The notes under the pieces were generated by a model, which did not search any database, was not told the origin of the DNA, and saw only the letters and a list, made by a program, of their open reading frames with translations. A DNA stretch of 64,000 nucleotides from an uncultured Armatimonadia bacterium (GTDB lineage Bacteria > Armatimonadota > Zipacnadia > CAZGSV01), in assembly GCA_964528605.1 (NCBI GenBank), contig CAZGSV010000003.1, positions 2,094 through 66,093 of the forward strand, in the 5' to 3' direction. Positions 18,801-28,531 of this stretch are shown piece after piece; position 1 is the stretch's first letter; each line of letters begins with the position of its first letter. The position numbers were made by a program, and so were the translations under genes.

Positions 18801-21451
18801 CCACCGATGTAGCCGGTGGCGGCCGGTGAGCCGCGCTTCGTGGGCCACGGGGCAGGGCCGCGGCCCGCGGAGGAGAGGCAGTACAGTTTCCCGTCCCGCG
18901 AAGGCACCAGAATCTCCAGCAGCCCGTCGCCGTCCAGATCGGCAGCCGCCGGCGAGGCGCTTATCTTCATATCCGTGCGGAACTGCCATTCCAGTTTGCC
19001 CTGGTTGTCAATGCAGTACAGAGACCGGTCCGTGTTGCCGACGAGCACGTCGAGGCGCCCGTCCCCGGTCACCTCCGCGATCGCCGGCGCGGAATCGGCA
19101 CCCGCGGCGCAGCGGTAGCGCCACCTCTCCTGCCCGGTGCCGTCCAGCGAGAAGATCGTCTGCTGCCCGCCGCGCGCGCCCGAAAGGCAGAACACCCAGC
19201 CGGTGTTGTCCACGAAGACGAGGTCGAGGCGGCCGTCCGCGTCCATGTCGGCGCACGCCAGAGTCGCATCAATGTGGCCAGGCGTCCGGGCGAACCATTC
19301 GACCTGCCCGGTCGCGCCCGAGAGGCAATAGAGCCCATGCCCCTTCTTCCGCGAGCACCCGCAGACGACCTCCGCCTGGCCGTCGGAGTCCGCGTCCAAT
19401 ACGAGCGGGCCGCAGAAGAAGTCGCACTGGTCGTTGAAGGCCCAAAGCGGCGATCCGTCCGCACGCAGGCACACGAGCCCGACCTCGGCCGCCGGAGCCA
19501 CAATCTCCAACTCAGGCGTGTCGTCAACGTTGCCCACGGCCAGCGGAGCCTGGATCGAGCCGCCGCACTCGTGCTTCCACAGCAATTCTCCCGAGGCCGC
19601 GTCGAGGCAGTAGACGCGCCCGTCAACGTCGCCGGTGAGCGCCTCGGGCTTGCCGTCCTTGTTGAGGTCCGCGAGCGCCGCGCCCCCCCATTCGACCCCG
19701 TTGTCCAAGGCGCGCGTCCAGAGGAGCGAACCGTTGTCGTCCACCAGGCTTATCTCTCGGTCGTTCTGCGGCACGACCATTTCGTCGCGGCCGTCAACAT
19801 CCAGATCAGCGCAGGCCATGGTGGCGGTCTGCCGCGCGCCGAGGTCGAGCGCCCACAGGCGGTTCCCGTCGCCATCAATGGCATGCAAGAGGCGATCGTC
19901 CGCGCCCAGCAGAATCTCCGGCTGCGGATCGCTGTCCAGTTGCGCCAGGGTAGGCGAACACTGAATCTGCTGCCCGATGAAGTACGTCCACTTGACCCGC
20001 GGCTCGACCCAAGCCTGCGCATGAGCAGTCGAGGCGACCGTGCCGCGTGAGGTATGGAACGTGGCGCGGACGCGCAAGGGATAGACGCCCGTGGCTGCGT
20101 CCGCAGGAGCCACGATGCGGAACTCCACGGGAACCACGGCGCCGGCGGCTGGCCTGAGGCTCAGGACCTCGGGCTCGGCGCGCCAGCCTTTCGGCACGAG
20201 TGGCCGCAGGCGCGCGGCCTGAGCGCTCCCGCCGGTGGGCAAGCGCAGTCTGCCGCGCAGCGTTTGGGCCCGGTCACTGCCTTCCAGGGGCTTCACCGGC
20301 AGCGTCTGTAGGCTCAGGGCGGCGCGGAGCACGAGCGCCTGGGGGAAGCGCCCTCGAAAGACCGCCCCAGCCTTGGTCAGGGGCAGCCGCGCCCGGCCGT
20401 TGACAACCGGGACCTCCGACTCCTGCCCGTCCCAGGCGATCACCCTCAGCGACTCGCCCACGCCCGGTACGGACCACCGGGTGTCACCGGTGAGCGTCCA
20501 GGCGACCAGGAAGGGCCCGTCCTTGTCTTCAAGCACATGAACTTCGTTTCCTGTGAGCGTCTCCAGCGCGCCCAGGTAGCGCGCCTGCCCCAACTGGCTC
20601 GAGGCCATGCTGAGGGCCTTGTCTATCTCCGGCGCCGCGCCCTGGTGGAACGTGTCGTCGTAGGTGAAGAGGCAGCCGATGTCCGCCGCAAGCGCCATGG
20701 TGTAGTTGCGCAGCAGGAAACCCCAACCGGAACCGTCCTCCGTCAGCCAGAGGGGCGCGTCCCGCCGCCCATACTGCGCCAGCATCTCTCGCATGCGCTC
20801 CGCGTCCTGGCGCATCTGCGCCTCGGGGGCGAACGAGTAGGGATGGTATGCGAGTATGTCAAAGCACTGGCCGCCGGTCTGGGCGCACACCTCGGAGATG
20901 AAGGTGAGGTCCGGCCGCGCGACGCCGCCGAAGACGACCTGCAGCCTCGGGTCTATCGCCTTGATCTCCTCATAGGCCGCCTTGAGCAATCGCGCGTAGC
21001 CGACGGGGTCGCCCAGCGTCACCCAGAAAGGCGGGATGTTGGGCTCGTTCCAGATTTCCCAGTAGCGGATGCGGTCCTGGTAGCGAGTGACGGTGGTGGC
21101 GATGAAGCGGCGCCAGGCATTGACGTCCACTTCCGAGCCGCGGTTGCCCTCCTCGGTTCCGCTCGCCCAGCCCGGAGAGTAGCCGACTAGGCCGAGCACG
21201 TTGAGGCCGGCGGCGAGGTTGGCGGCGATGATGTCGTCCATCGAGGCGAAGTCGAACTTGCCCGGTTCCGGCTCAAGGTGGGGCCAGCCCATATCGGCGC
21301 GGAGCCAGCGGATGCCGACGTTGTAGAAGCGCTGCGAGAGGGCGAGGTCGGGGTTATGGCCGGCGAAGCCGAACAGCGGGCGCTCATCGGCGCCGGCGCT
21401 TCCGCAGAAGCAGAACACGAGCAAGAGCACTAGCGGGCGCTTCATCATTAC
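18797..21451 (-). CDS. secreted glycoside hydrolase (clan GH-A, GH5-like NEP motif) fused to FG-GAP/PQQ-like beta-propeller repeats
   Basis: Signal peptide MMKRPLVLLLVFCFCGSAGA. YWEIWNEPN acid/base motif and LTEDG nucleophile context. C-terminal repeated DxDGDG/xDGxxLW blades. Confidence 0.55.
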   Translation of the reverse strand, partial: VMMKRPLVLLLVFCFCGSAGADERPLFGFAGHNPDLALSQRFYNVGIRWLRADMGWPHLEPEPGKFDFASMDDIIAANLAAGLNVLGLVGYSPGWASGTEEGNRGSEVDVNAWRRFIATTVTRYQDRIRYWEIWNEPNIPPFWVTLGDPVGYARLLKAAYEEIKAIDPRLQVVFGGVARPDLTFISEVCAQTGGQCFDILAYHPYSFAPEAQMRQDAERMREMLAQYGRRDAPLWLTEDGSGWGFLLRNYTMALAADIGCLFTYDDTFHQGAAPEIDKALSMASSQLGQARYLGALETLTGNEVHVLEDKDGPFLVAWTLTGDTRWSVPGVGESLRVIAWDGQESEVPVVNGRARLPLTKAGAVFRGRFPQALVLRAALSLQTLPVKPLEGSDRAQTLRGRLRLPTGGSAQAARLRPLVPKGWRAEPEVLSLRPAAGAVVPVEFRIVAPADAATGVYPLRVRATFHTSRGTVASTAHAQAWVEPRVKWTYFIGQQIQCSPTLAQLDSDPQPEILLGADDRLLHAIDGDGNRLWALDLGARQTATMACADLDVDGRDEMVVPQNDREISLVDDNGSLLWTRALDNGVEWGGAALADLNKDGKPEALTGDVDGRVYCLDAASGELLWKHECGGSIQAPLAVGNVDDTPELEIVAPAAEVGLVCLRADGSPLWAFNDQCDFFCGPLVLDADSDGQAEVVCGCSRKKGHGLYCLSGATGQVEWFARTPGHIDATLACADMDADGRLDLVFVDNTGWVFCLSGARGGQQTIFSLDGTGQERWRYRCAAGADSAPAIAEVTGDGRLDVLVGNTDRSLYCIDNQGKLEWQFRTDMKISASPAAADLDGDGLLEILVPSRDGKLYCLSSAGRGPAPWPTKRGSPAATGYIGG

Positions 21452-22950
21452 CCCAGCGGCAGCCCGCAATCCCGCAATGCCCGCGCCAGATTCCCTCGCA
21501 CGTCGGCCTGGAAGGGGTGGCCGCGCTCGTCGAGGGCGCGAAGGGGCTCAGGAAGGGCAGCGTAGAGTATGGCAAGTCGCCCGGCGTTGGCGGCCCCCTC
21601 GCCGCCCTCTAGGTAGGTTCGCAGGCCCGCTAGCACATCCGCTTTCTCCCTGACTGGCGATGAGCGCCGGCGCAAGGGCTGCGGCTGCGCGGCGCGGCAG
21701 TCGAGCAAGCCGTCCGGCTCTTGCCCGACGAACCGCTGCATCAAGCGTTCGAGTTTCGCGCGCGTGAGCGCCTCGGGCGCGATCGGCCGGGAGAAGCAAT
21801 GCCGCAGGAAGGCGAGGTGCGAGACGTCGAGGCGCCTCTTGGTGTGCGTTGCGCGTGGGTGAGGCGGCCCCTCGTCGAGGATCACCAGCGACACCGGCTT
21901 GTCGCCCGAGAAGGGCGACTCGATAAAGAACGGCTCCGCCCCCCCCGCCGGCTCCTCCCAAACCGGCGGCACCGTTTCGGGCACGGGCACGACGAAGGTG
22001 GCTGCGCTGTCGCGGTCAATCACCTCCGCCAAGGTGTCGGGCCGGGCGCGCCTCGGCAGCACCACCTCGAAGTCGAAACTGTAACCCGGCGGGAACTCGT
22101 CCGCGGCCGCCCGCTGTACATACTGCGCATCCATCTGCTGGATGGGCACAAGGACATCGGCAGTGGAGTAAGCGAGCAGTATGGGACAGGTAAGCAGGGA
22201 CCACACGGCAAGCGGGCTGGCGCGGTGCCAGTTCTCCGCGTTCTCGCCGTAGGGGCCGAGCAGCGCCTCCAGGTCCCGCACTATGCTCTGCACCTGGCAG
22301 ACCACCGGCACGGGCAACTTCGGCAAGAGTTCGGCCCACTCCTCTTGGGTAGTCGGAAGCGAGGCCGGGCAGCCCGATACCTCGGCGGCGTGATGCAGAT
22401 AGGCCATGGTGTATGCGAGATTGAGCGGCGGCACGAAGGGCACAATCCCCGCCAGCGGGAAGGCCTCCGCGCCGACCATAAGCGAGGCGTAGCCGCCCGC
22501 GCTGCCGCCGACCAGGGCAATCTTCGCCGGGTCAACGAACGGCAGCAGCCGAGCCAAGTGCACCAGGGCGGAGCCGAAGTTGAGGCTGTCGCCCGCGGCG
22601 ACGAGCCCCTGACGCGTAGTGAGCACGGCCCACCCCTCGGCCAGATAGGCGGCAGCCCCTTCCGGCGACATCTCATAGTGCATGACGGCCACGAGAGGCA
22701 GCGGCGCCCGAGCGCCTTCGCGCACCCAGAGGCGGGCGGCGCCGATCTGCGGCTGACCGGCGATGTCCAAGTAGGGCACTTCGAGTTCTACCTGCGAGCA
22801 AGCGACACACGCGGCCCCCGCGCCGCCGATCTCCACTCGCTCGTCAGCCACCACCCGGGGCGGCGGCAGGAGCGCATCCGCCTCAGCCCAACGCTCGACG
22901 CGCGCGAGCCATTCACCCGGCCCGGCGCCGGCCCGTTCGTCCGCGTTCAA
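21448..22950 (-). CDS. alpha/beta-hydrolase-fold protein (putative esterase/peptidase)
   Basis: VGGSAGGY nucleophile-elbow motif. 500 aa. Confidence 0.5.
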   Translation of the reverse strand: MNADERAGAGPGEWLARVERWAEADALLPPPRVVADERVEIGGAGAACVACSQVELEVPYLDIAGQPQIGAARLWVREGARAPLPLVAVMHYEMSPEGAAAYLAEGWAVLTTRQGLVAAGDSLNFGSALVHLARLLPFVDPAKIALVGGSAGGYASLMVGAEAFPLAGIVPFVPPLNLAYTMAYLHHAAEVSGCPASLPTTQEEWAELLPKLPVPVVCQVQSIVRDLEALLGPYGENAENWHRASPLAVWSLLTCPILLAYSTADVLVPIQQMDAQYVQRAAADEFPPGYSFDFEVVLPRRARPDTLAEVIDRDSAATFVVPVPETVPPVWEEPAGGAEPFFIESPFSGDKPVSLVILDEGPPHPRATHTKRRLDVSHLAFLRHCFSRPIAPEALTRAKLERLMQRFVGQEPDGLLDCRAAQPQPLRRRSSPVREKADVLAGLRTYLEGGEGAANAGRLAILYAALPEPLRALDERGHPFQADVRGNLARALRDCGLPLG

Positions 22951-22956
22951 TCCGCT

Positions 22957-24084
22957 TCACCCCCTGAGCCGCTTGCGGGCAGGCGCTGTTGGGTAGCGCC
23001 CGTAGTCCCGCACCGCTTCCAGCATCGCCACGTAGTTCTCCAGCGGCACGTAGTCGGTGACGCTGTTGGCGGAGCCGACGGCGTAGCCCCCCCCGCGGCC
23101 GACGATCCTGATGCGTTCCTTCACCTCGGCGCGCACCTCGTCCGGCGTGCCGCGCGTCAGCGTGTAGCAGAGGTCAATGTTGCCGCAGAGGCACAACCGG
23201 TCGCCGTAGGCGCGCTTGATCTCGGCGATGTCCATCGCTTTCGGCTCGATGGGGTGAATGGCGTTGAAACCCATCTCGATCAGGTCGGGGATGACGGGGC
23301 GGATGTCGCCGTCGCTGTGGAATACCAGCGGCAGGTTGTGCGCGCGCGCGATCTTGCCTATCTCCCGATACCAAGGGAAGAGAGTCTTCCGCATCAGGTC
23401 GGGGTTGTAGAACATGCCCTCGGTGTAAGCCAGGTCGTCGCCCAGCCAGAGGGCGCCTACGTGCGGACGCTCGGCGACCTCCTCGAAGCCGTGGACTATG
23501 CGCTCGCCCACCTTGGCGTAGGCGTACTCAACAAGCCCCGGCTGGTCGGCCACCGCGTAGAGCAAGGTCTCGGTGCCCAGCATGGAGGCCGCCTGCTCGT
23601 GCAGGGTCGTGATGGCGATGACCTTCTGGCCGCGCCACAGGACCTCGCCGATGCCGTCCACGGAGCGGAAGGCGGCCTCGCTCTTGCGCGGCCAGCGGAA
23701 CGCCTTGAGTTCGGCCAAGGTCGTGGCCCAGCCGCTCTTCTCGGCGCGCCATTCCCGCTCGACCGCCTCGTCCGTGTAAAGGCTCCGGCGGAAGCGGGTC
23801 ACCCGGCGGCCCTCCTTAGGAGTAGCCCCGCGCGGCGCGAAGCGGTATCCGAAGAAGGCGGTTATGTGGTCGTAGCCGGCGCGCGCCCAGAACTCGGCGT
23901 GGTCCGCGTACTCCTTTATCGGCTTGCCGAGAAAGGCCTCCATGACTGGGCGGTCTATGGAGATCTCGAGCATGGGCACGCGGTCAGCCCGACCGCCGAG
24001 CAGGGTCTTGCGCAGCCGCCTGAAATCGGGCTTTGGGTTCTCGAGCGGGAACCGAGGGCGGGCAAGAGACCTGGGCGCAGGCAT
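22957..24084 (-). CDS. uroporphyrinogen-decarboxylase (URO-D) family protein, MtaA/CmuA-like
   Basis: N-terminal LLGGRADRVP motif and overall URO-D-like length (375 aa). Confidence 0.6.
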   Translation of the reverse strand: MPAPRSLARPRFPLENPKPDFRRLRKTLLGGRADRVPMLEISIDRPVMEAFLGKPIKEYADHAEFWARAGYDHITAFFGYRFAPRGATPKEGRRVTRFRRSLYTDEAVEREWRAEKSGWATTLAELKAFRWPRKSEAAFRSVDGIGEVLWRGQKVIAITTLHEQAASMLGTETLLYAVADQPGLVEYAYAKVGERIVHGFEEVAERPHVGALWLGDDLAYTEGMFYNPDLMRKTLFPWYREIGKIARAHNLPLVFHSDGDIRPVIPDLIEMGFNAIHPIEPKAMDIAEIKRAYGDRLCLCGNIDLCYTLTRGTPDEVRAEVKERIRIVGRGGGYAVGSANSVTDYVPLENYVAMLEAVRDYGRYPTAPARKRLRG

Positions 24085-24212
24085 TCCTCTACCGAACCAT
24101 CCCGAGGCGCATAGGCCGCAGGTTACCGGGGCGCCTTGACGCGGTCAAACGGCCTGCCCGTGTTGACAACTCCTGCGGGGGACGATTGACTGCCGGCTTA
24201 GGAGGTGCGGCC

Positions 24213-24674
24213 GTGAAGAAGATCATGATCGTCTACCACTCGCAAGAAGCCGGCAATACCAAGGCCATGGCCGAGTTGGTCGCGGAGGGCTGCAAGCAGG
24301 TGCCTGGCGTCAGAGTGTCGCTGATCAACACCAACGAGGCACGGGTGGACATGGACACATTCGCCGCTTGCGACGGCGTGGCGCTGGGGTCGCCTGACTA
24401 CTACTCCTATGTGGCCGGGGGGCTGAAGCAGTTCTTCGACGACGTCACGCTCGCCGCCTGGGCGGGCAAAGGCGTGAAGGGCAAGCGATACGTGGGCTTC
24501 GTGACCCACGGTGGCGGCGGTAACGCCATCAAGAGCCTCGAGAGCCTGGCCAAGTCCTGCGAGTTCGAGAAGGTGGCGGAAAGCGTCCTGTCGCGGGGCA
24601 AGCCGGCGGGCGAGGTGGTTGACGCGGCTCGCGCCCTGGGCAAGGCCCTCGCGGAGAAAGTGTCGAAAGGCTAG
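24213..24674 (+). CDS. flavodoxin-fold FMN protein (WrbA/NAD(P)H-FMN reductase-like)
   Basis: KKIMIVYHSQEAGNTKAMAELV flavodoxin-like start. GTG start 9 nt after a GGAGG RBS. Confidence 0.6.
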   Translation: MKKIMIVYHSQEAGNTKAMAELVAEGCKQVPGVRVSLINTNEARVDMDTFAACDGVALGSPDYYSYVAGGLKQFFDDVTLAAWAGKGVKGKRYVGFVTHGGGGNAIKSLESLAKSCEFEKVAESVLSRGKPAGEVVDAARALGKALAEKVSKG

Positions 24675-24821
24675 AGGACCCGCAGCGCTCTGCGAGGGCG
24701 ATCAGTGCGCCTTGCCATCACCCTTTTGGGCGACCTGCGCGCCGTTTCCCCCGGCTTGCGGCCGGCTACGCGCTGTGGTAACACCCCAAAGGTCGCCTTT
24801 GACGCATCCTAACCTATCGAG

Positions 24822-27272
24822 GTGATTGACTTGCCCATTTCCACCCTGATTGCGCAATCCTCCGTCCTGGGCGGGCCGTGGATTGACATCTCCGACTGTG
24901 TGTTCGTGAGCGCCGGCCCGATCAAAGAGAAAGCGTTCCAGATGCTGGTGGAGGAGGTGGAGAAGCGGAGCGGCGTGCACTTCCCCAAGGTGGCGCGGCT
25001 CGCGGACGCCGGCGGCCGCCCGGCGATGGTGGTAACGACCCGCGAGGCCGCCTCACAGGTGGGCATAGACGCCAAGAAGGTTCCCGGCAATGACTCGCCC
25101 AGGCCGATCCCCGATGGCTTTGCGCTGCACCTCGACAGCCGCATGCGCAAGGAGCCCACCCTTCTGGCCATTGGCAACGACGCCCGCGGCGCCATGTACG
25201 CGGTCGGCTGTTTCCTCAGAACGGCGCGCTACAGCGAGGGCAAAGTGGAGTTCCCCGCCGACTTCAGCATCGTGACCGCTCCGCGCTATCCCCTCCGCGG
25301 CCATCAACTAGGCTACCGGCCGCGCAGCAACACCTACGACCAGTGGGGCGTCGAGGAGTTTGAGCAGTACCTGCGCGACCTCATCGTCTGGGGCGCGAAC
25401 GCCGTGGAACTCATTCCCCCACAGTCCTCTAACGACAACATCTCAGGCAAAGCCGATTTTCAGGCGCAGGCTTGGGGGATGAACGCGCGACTCTCGCAAC
25501 TTATCGGCGGCGACTACGGCCTGGAAGTCCACGCCTGGATTCCCGTTGACGATCGCGTGGTGCCGGGCACTGAGTTCGGCAGCCTGAAGCCCTGGGAAAC
25601 CGTCTGCCCCTCGAATCGCGACGGGCGGAAGTACATCCTGGACGACCGACGCCGTCTCTTCTCCGAGATGCCGCATCTCGATGCCGTCTTTGTTCCCGGC
25701 GGCGACCCTGGCGGCTGCACCTGCGACAAGTGCCAGCCCTACGCCAAGACCTTCATCGGCCTCTGCGCCGACGTCGCCCGCATCCTCGCTGAGTCCCATC
25801 CCGAGGGGAAAGTCTGGCTCTCCGACCAAATCTTCTCCTTCGAGGACGAGGAATACCTTTGCGATTATCTCGAACGCGAACACCCCAATTGGCTCGGCGG
25901 CCTGGTCTACGGCCCTTCCTCAGTCCCCACCGTGGAGGAAATGCGCCAGCTCGTCTCACCCCGCTACCCCATCCGCTTCTACCCTGACATCACACACTCC
26001 GCGCGCTGCCAGTACCCGGTCATTGACTGGGACCCGGCCTATGGTCTGATTGAGGGCCGCGAGGTCATCAACCCGCGTCCCGTGGACGAGAAGCACATCC
26101 AGAACCTGCTGTCTCCCTACGCCTGCGGCTCCATCTCGTACTCCGACGGGGCGCATGACGACGTCAACAAGATCATCTGGTCGGCGCTCGACTGGGACCC
26201 GAGCCGGGAGGCGCGGGGCATCGTGCTCGAGTACGCCCGCTACTTCCTCGGGGAGGAGTTCGCGGAGCGCTTCACCGAGGGCACCTTCATGCTGGAGCAG
26301 AACTGGCAAGGGCCGCTGGCGACCAGCAAGGTGGTGCCGGAGACGCTGCCCTTCTGGCAGGCGATGGAGAAGGAGGCGCCACCCAAGGTGGTCAACAACT
26401 GGCGCTTCCAACTCGGCCTGATGCGGGCCTACCTGGACGCCTTCGTGCAGCAGCGGGTGCTCGCCGACATCGAGGCGGAGCAGAAGGCGCGCGAGATACT
26501 GCGCGGCGCGGCGGAGGGCGACCCGGACGCGGCGATGCGGAAGGCCCATAAGTTCCTGGCGGAGTCGCAGGCCCGGACGGTTGCCCCGGAATGGCGCGAG
26601 CGCATGAACGAACTGGGCCGCTCCCTGCGGGAGAACATCGGGATGAAGTTGGCCGCGGTCCTAGGCGCTGAGCCGGAGCGGGCGGATTTCCTTGACGACC
26701 TGGACGAGCCGCTCAACAACGGCCACTGGATGATGACCGAAATGGAGAAACTCCTGCGCTCCGACAACGAGGCCGAGAAGCGCGCCGGCATTGCCCGCAT
26801 CCTCTACTGGGAGGATCCCGGGCCGGGAGGCTTCTACGACGACCTGGGCACGCCCACTAGGCAGCCGCACCTGGTGTATCCGAAGCCGGTGAGCGAGGAC
26901 CCCGGCCGGCTCGAGACCGCGGCCCAAGAGATAGATCACAAGGGCCTCAAGGGCGGCCGCATGTCGTGGCGCACGACCGCCTGCGCCTTCAGAAAGAGTT
27001 CGCTCCACATGCGCTACGAGGGACTGGACCCGGCGGGGCGCTACCTGCTGCGCGTGACGTACCCGGCGCATCGCCCGGGCACGAGTGTGCGTCTGGTGGC
27101 CAACGGGCAATTCGAGTTGCAGCCGATGACGGCGATGCCGCGCGAGTTGCACCAGCGGGAGTACGAGATTCCCGCGGAGGCCACCAAGTCCGGCAAGTTG
27201 GAACTCGCCTGGAGCCGCAAGGGCGCGCGCTGCGTCTGCCTGTGCGAGGTCTGGCTGATCAAGCAGCAGTAG
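24822..27272 (+). CDS. large glycoside-hydrolase-like protein (N-terminal beta-sandwich + TIM-barrel-like core), specificity unknown
   Basis: 816 aa. Segments such as RGHQLGYRP...YDQWGVEEFEQYLRDLIVWGANAVEL resemble GH20/GH67/GH89-type architectures but I cannot assign a family. Confidence 0.35.
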   Translation: MIDLPISTLIAQSSVLGGPWIDISDCVFVSAGPIKEKAFQMLVEEVEKRSGVHFPKVARLADAGGRPAMVVTTREAASQVGIDAKKVPGNDSPRPIPDGFALHLDSRMRKEPTLLAIGNDARGAMYAVGCFLRTARYSEGKVEFPADFSIVTAPRYPLRGHQLGYRPRSNTYDQWGVEEFEQYLRDLIVWGANAVELIPPQSSNDNISGKADFQAQAWGMNARLSQLIGGDYGLEVHAWIPVDDRVVPGTEFGSLKPWETVCPSNRDGRKYILDDRRRLFSEMPHLDAVFVPGGDPGGCTCDKCQPYAKTFIGLCADVARILAESHPEGKVWLSDQIFSFEDEEYLCDYLEREHPNWLGGLVYGPSSVPTVEEMRQLVSPRYPIRFYPDITHSARCQYPVIDWDPAYGLIEGREVINPRPVDEKHIQNLLSPYACGSISYSDGAHDDVNKIIWSALDWDPSREARGIVLEYARYFLGEEFAERFTEGTFMLEQNWQGPLATSKVVPETLPFWQAMEKEAPPKVVNNWRFQLGLMRAYLDAFVQQRVLADIEAEQKAREILRGAAEGDPDAAMRKAHKFLAESQARTVAPEWRERMNELGRSLRENIGMKLAAVLGAEPERADFLDDLDEPLNNGHWMMTEMEKLLRSDNEAEKRAGIARILYWEDPGPGGFYDDLGTPTRQPHLVYPKPVSEDPGRLETAAQEIDHKGLKGGRMSWRTTACAFRKSSLHMRYEGLDPAGRYLLRVTYPAHRPGTSVRLVANGQFELQPMTAMPRELHQREYEIPAEATKSGKLELAWSRKGARCVCLCEVWLIKQQ

Positions 27273-27361
27273 GCCATAGCCCTGCAGGCCGGGGGCGCCC
27301 GCCCGGCCTCCGCTCTCGACTCCCTAACGCGGCGCTGGTAGAGGCGCAACGTGACTAGGCG

Positions 27362-28111
27362 ATGAGAGTCGCTCTTGCTGTCAACTACGTCCTGCCGGAC
27401 GCGGACGCCAACCTTGAGGCGATCGTGCGCATGACCGAGGAGGCCGCCCGCGAGGGCGCGGAACTAGTCCTGTTCCCTGAGGCGGCGCTGACCGGTCTGA
27501 TCAACAACGGCGACCCGGAGCATGATCTGCCGCTTGGCCAGCCGATACCGGGCCCGGTGACGGATTCGCTGGCGGCGGTCGCGTGCAGGCTGGGCATCTA
27601 TCTAGCCATCGGGCTGCTGGAGCGGGAGGGGCATAGGCTATACGACTCGGCTGTGCTCCTGACGCCAGAAGGCGGAATCGTGCTGAGGTACCGCCGCCGT
27701 CAGCCGCAGTGGCACGGGAGGGACGCCGATCCAGCCGTCTATCGTCAGGGCGAGGAAGTGGCGAAATGCGAGACGCCACTGGGCTCCTTCGCTTTCCTGA
27801 TCTGCGGGGACCTCTTCGACGACAACATCGTGGCACGCGTTCGGGACCTGCGTCCTGACTGGCTGCTCTTCCCTTTCGCGCGGTGTTTCGACGACGGCTC
27901 ATGGGACCGGCAGCGCTGGGAGCGAGAGGAGCAGGCGGCGTACGTGGAGCGCGTGCGGCTAGTGAGAATAACGACGCTCATGACGAACTACCTCGCGGAC
28001 TCTAGCCTTGACGGCGGCTCGTTCGGCGGGGCCCTGGTGGTGGGCGGGGATGGCAAGGTGTTGGCTAGCCTGCGCCTGGGGGAGGTCGGCATCTTGGTGG
28101 CAGACCTCTAA
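27362..28111 (+). CDS. carbon-nitrogen hydrolase (nitrilase/amidase superfamily)
   Basis: LVLFPEAALTG (catalytic Glu context) and FLICGD (catalytic Cys context). 249 aa. Confidence 0.7.
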   Translation: MRVALAVNYVLPDADANLEAIVRMTEEAAREGAELVLFPEAALTGLINNGDPEHDLPLGQPIPGPVTDSLAAVACRLGIYLAIGLLEREGHRLYDSAVLLTPEGGIVLRYRRRQPQWHGRDADPAVYRQGEEVAKCETPLGSFAFLICGDLFDDNIVARVRDLRPDWLLFPFARCFDDGSWDRQRWEREEQAAYVERVRLVRITTLMTNYLADSSLDGGSFGGALVVGGDGKVLASLRLGEVGILVADL

Positions 28112-28333
28112 CCCGAGCGTGCGCGGGGCACACGATCGCAGGAAAGACCGGGGGCGTCACAGGGGCACTGGGGACAGTCCACGACCAGGGCGCCGCCACC
28201 CGCCTGAGGCGGGGACAGTCCCCGTGAGCGGGTCGTAGGGGCGGGCCAGCCCTTGCGCGGGCGAACGGGGCCCTGCCCCCACGGCCGGGCGACCAGGCGA
28301 GGTCGCCGCTACAGAGGGCGGCCGGGAACGAAA

Positions 28334-28519
28334 CTAGGTTGCTTCGCGAGGCGCCGTGGGGATGTGGGTGACGATCATGAAGAGGCCAGTGCCCACGAGC
28401 AGGATGAGGAGGCCCCGCTGGTAGAGCCCGAGCCACCACGGTTGGCACAGCGCGAACACCGCGAAGGCCATCAGCACCTGCGCCAAAGTCTCAAACCATC
28501 CTACGACTCGGCCGACCAT
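28334..28519 (-). CDS. small hydrophobic protein (61 aa) directly downstream of the ABC ATPase gene
   Basis: Two predicted TM segments, 12 nt after the upstream stop. Could equally be noise. Confidence 0.25.
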   Translation of the reverse strand: MVGRVVGWFETLAQVLMAFAVFALCQPWWLGLYQRGLLILLVGTGLFMIVTHIPTAPREAT

Positions 28520-28531
28520 CGCGCCCCTCCC

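Noticed and set aside
24675-24821. Apparent inverted repeat (TTTGGGCGACC ... GGTCGCCTTTG) between the flavodoxin gene and the large GH-like gene
   Set aside because: The arms are 87 nt apart and only 7 bp are truly complementary (GGCGACC/GGTCGCC). This is consistent with chance in GC-rich DNA.
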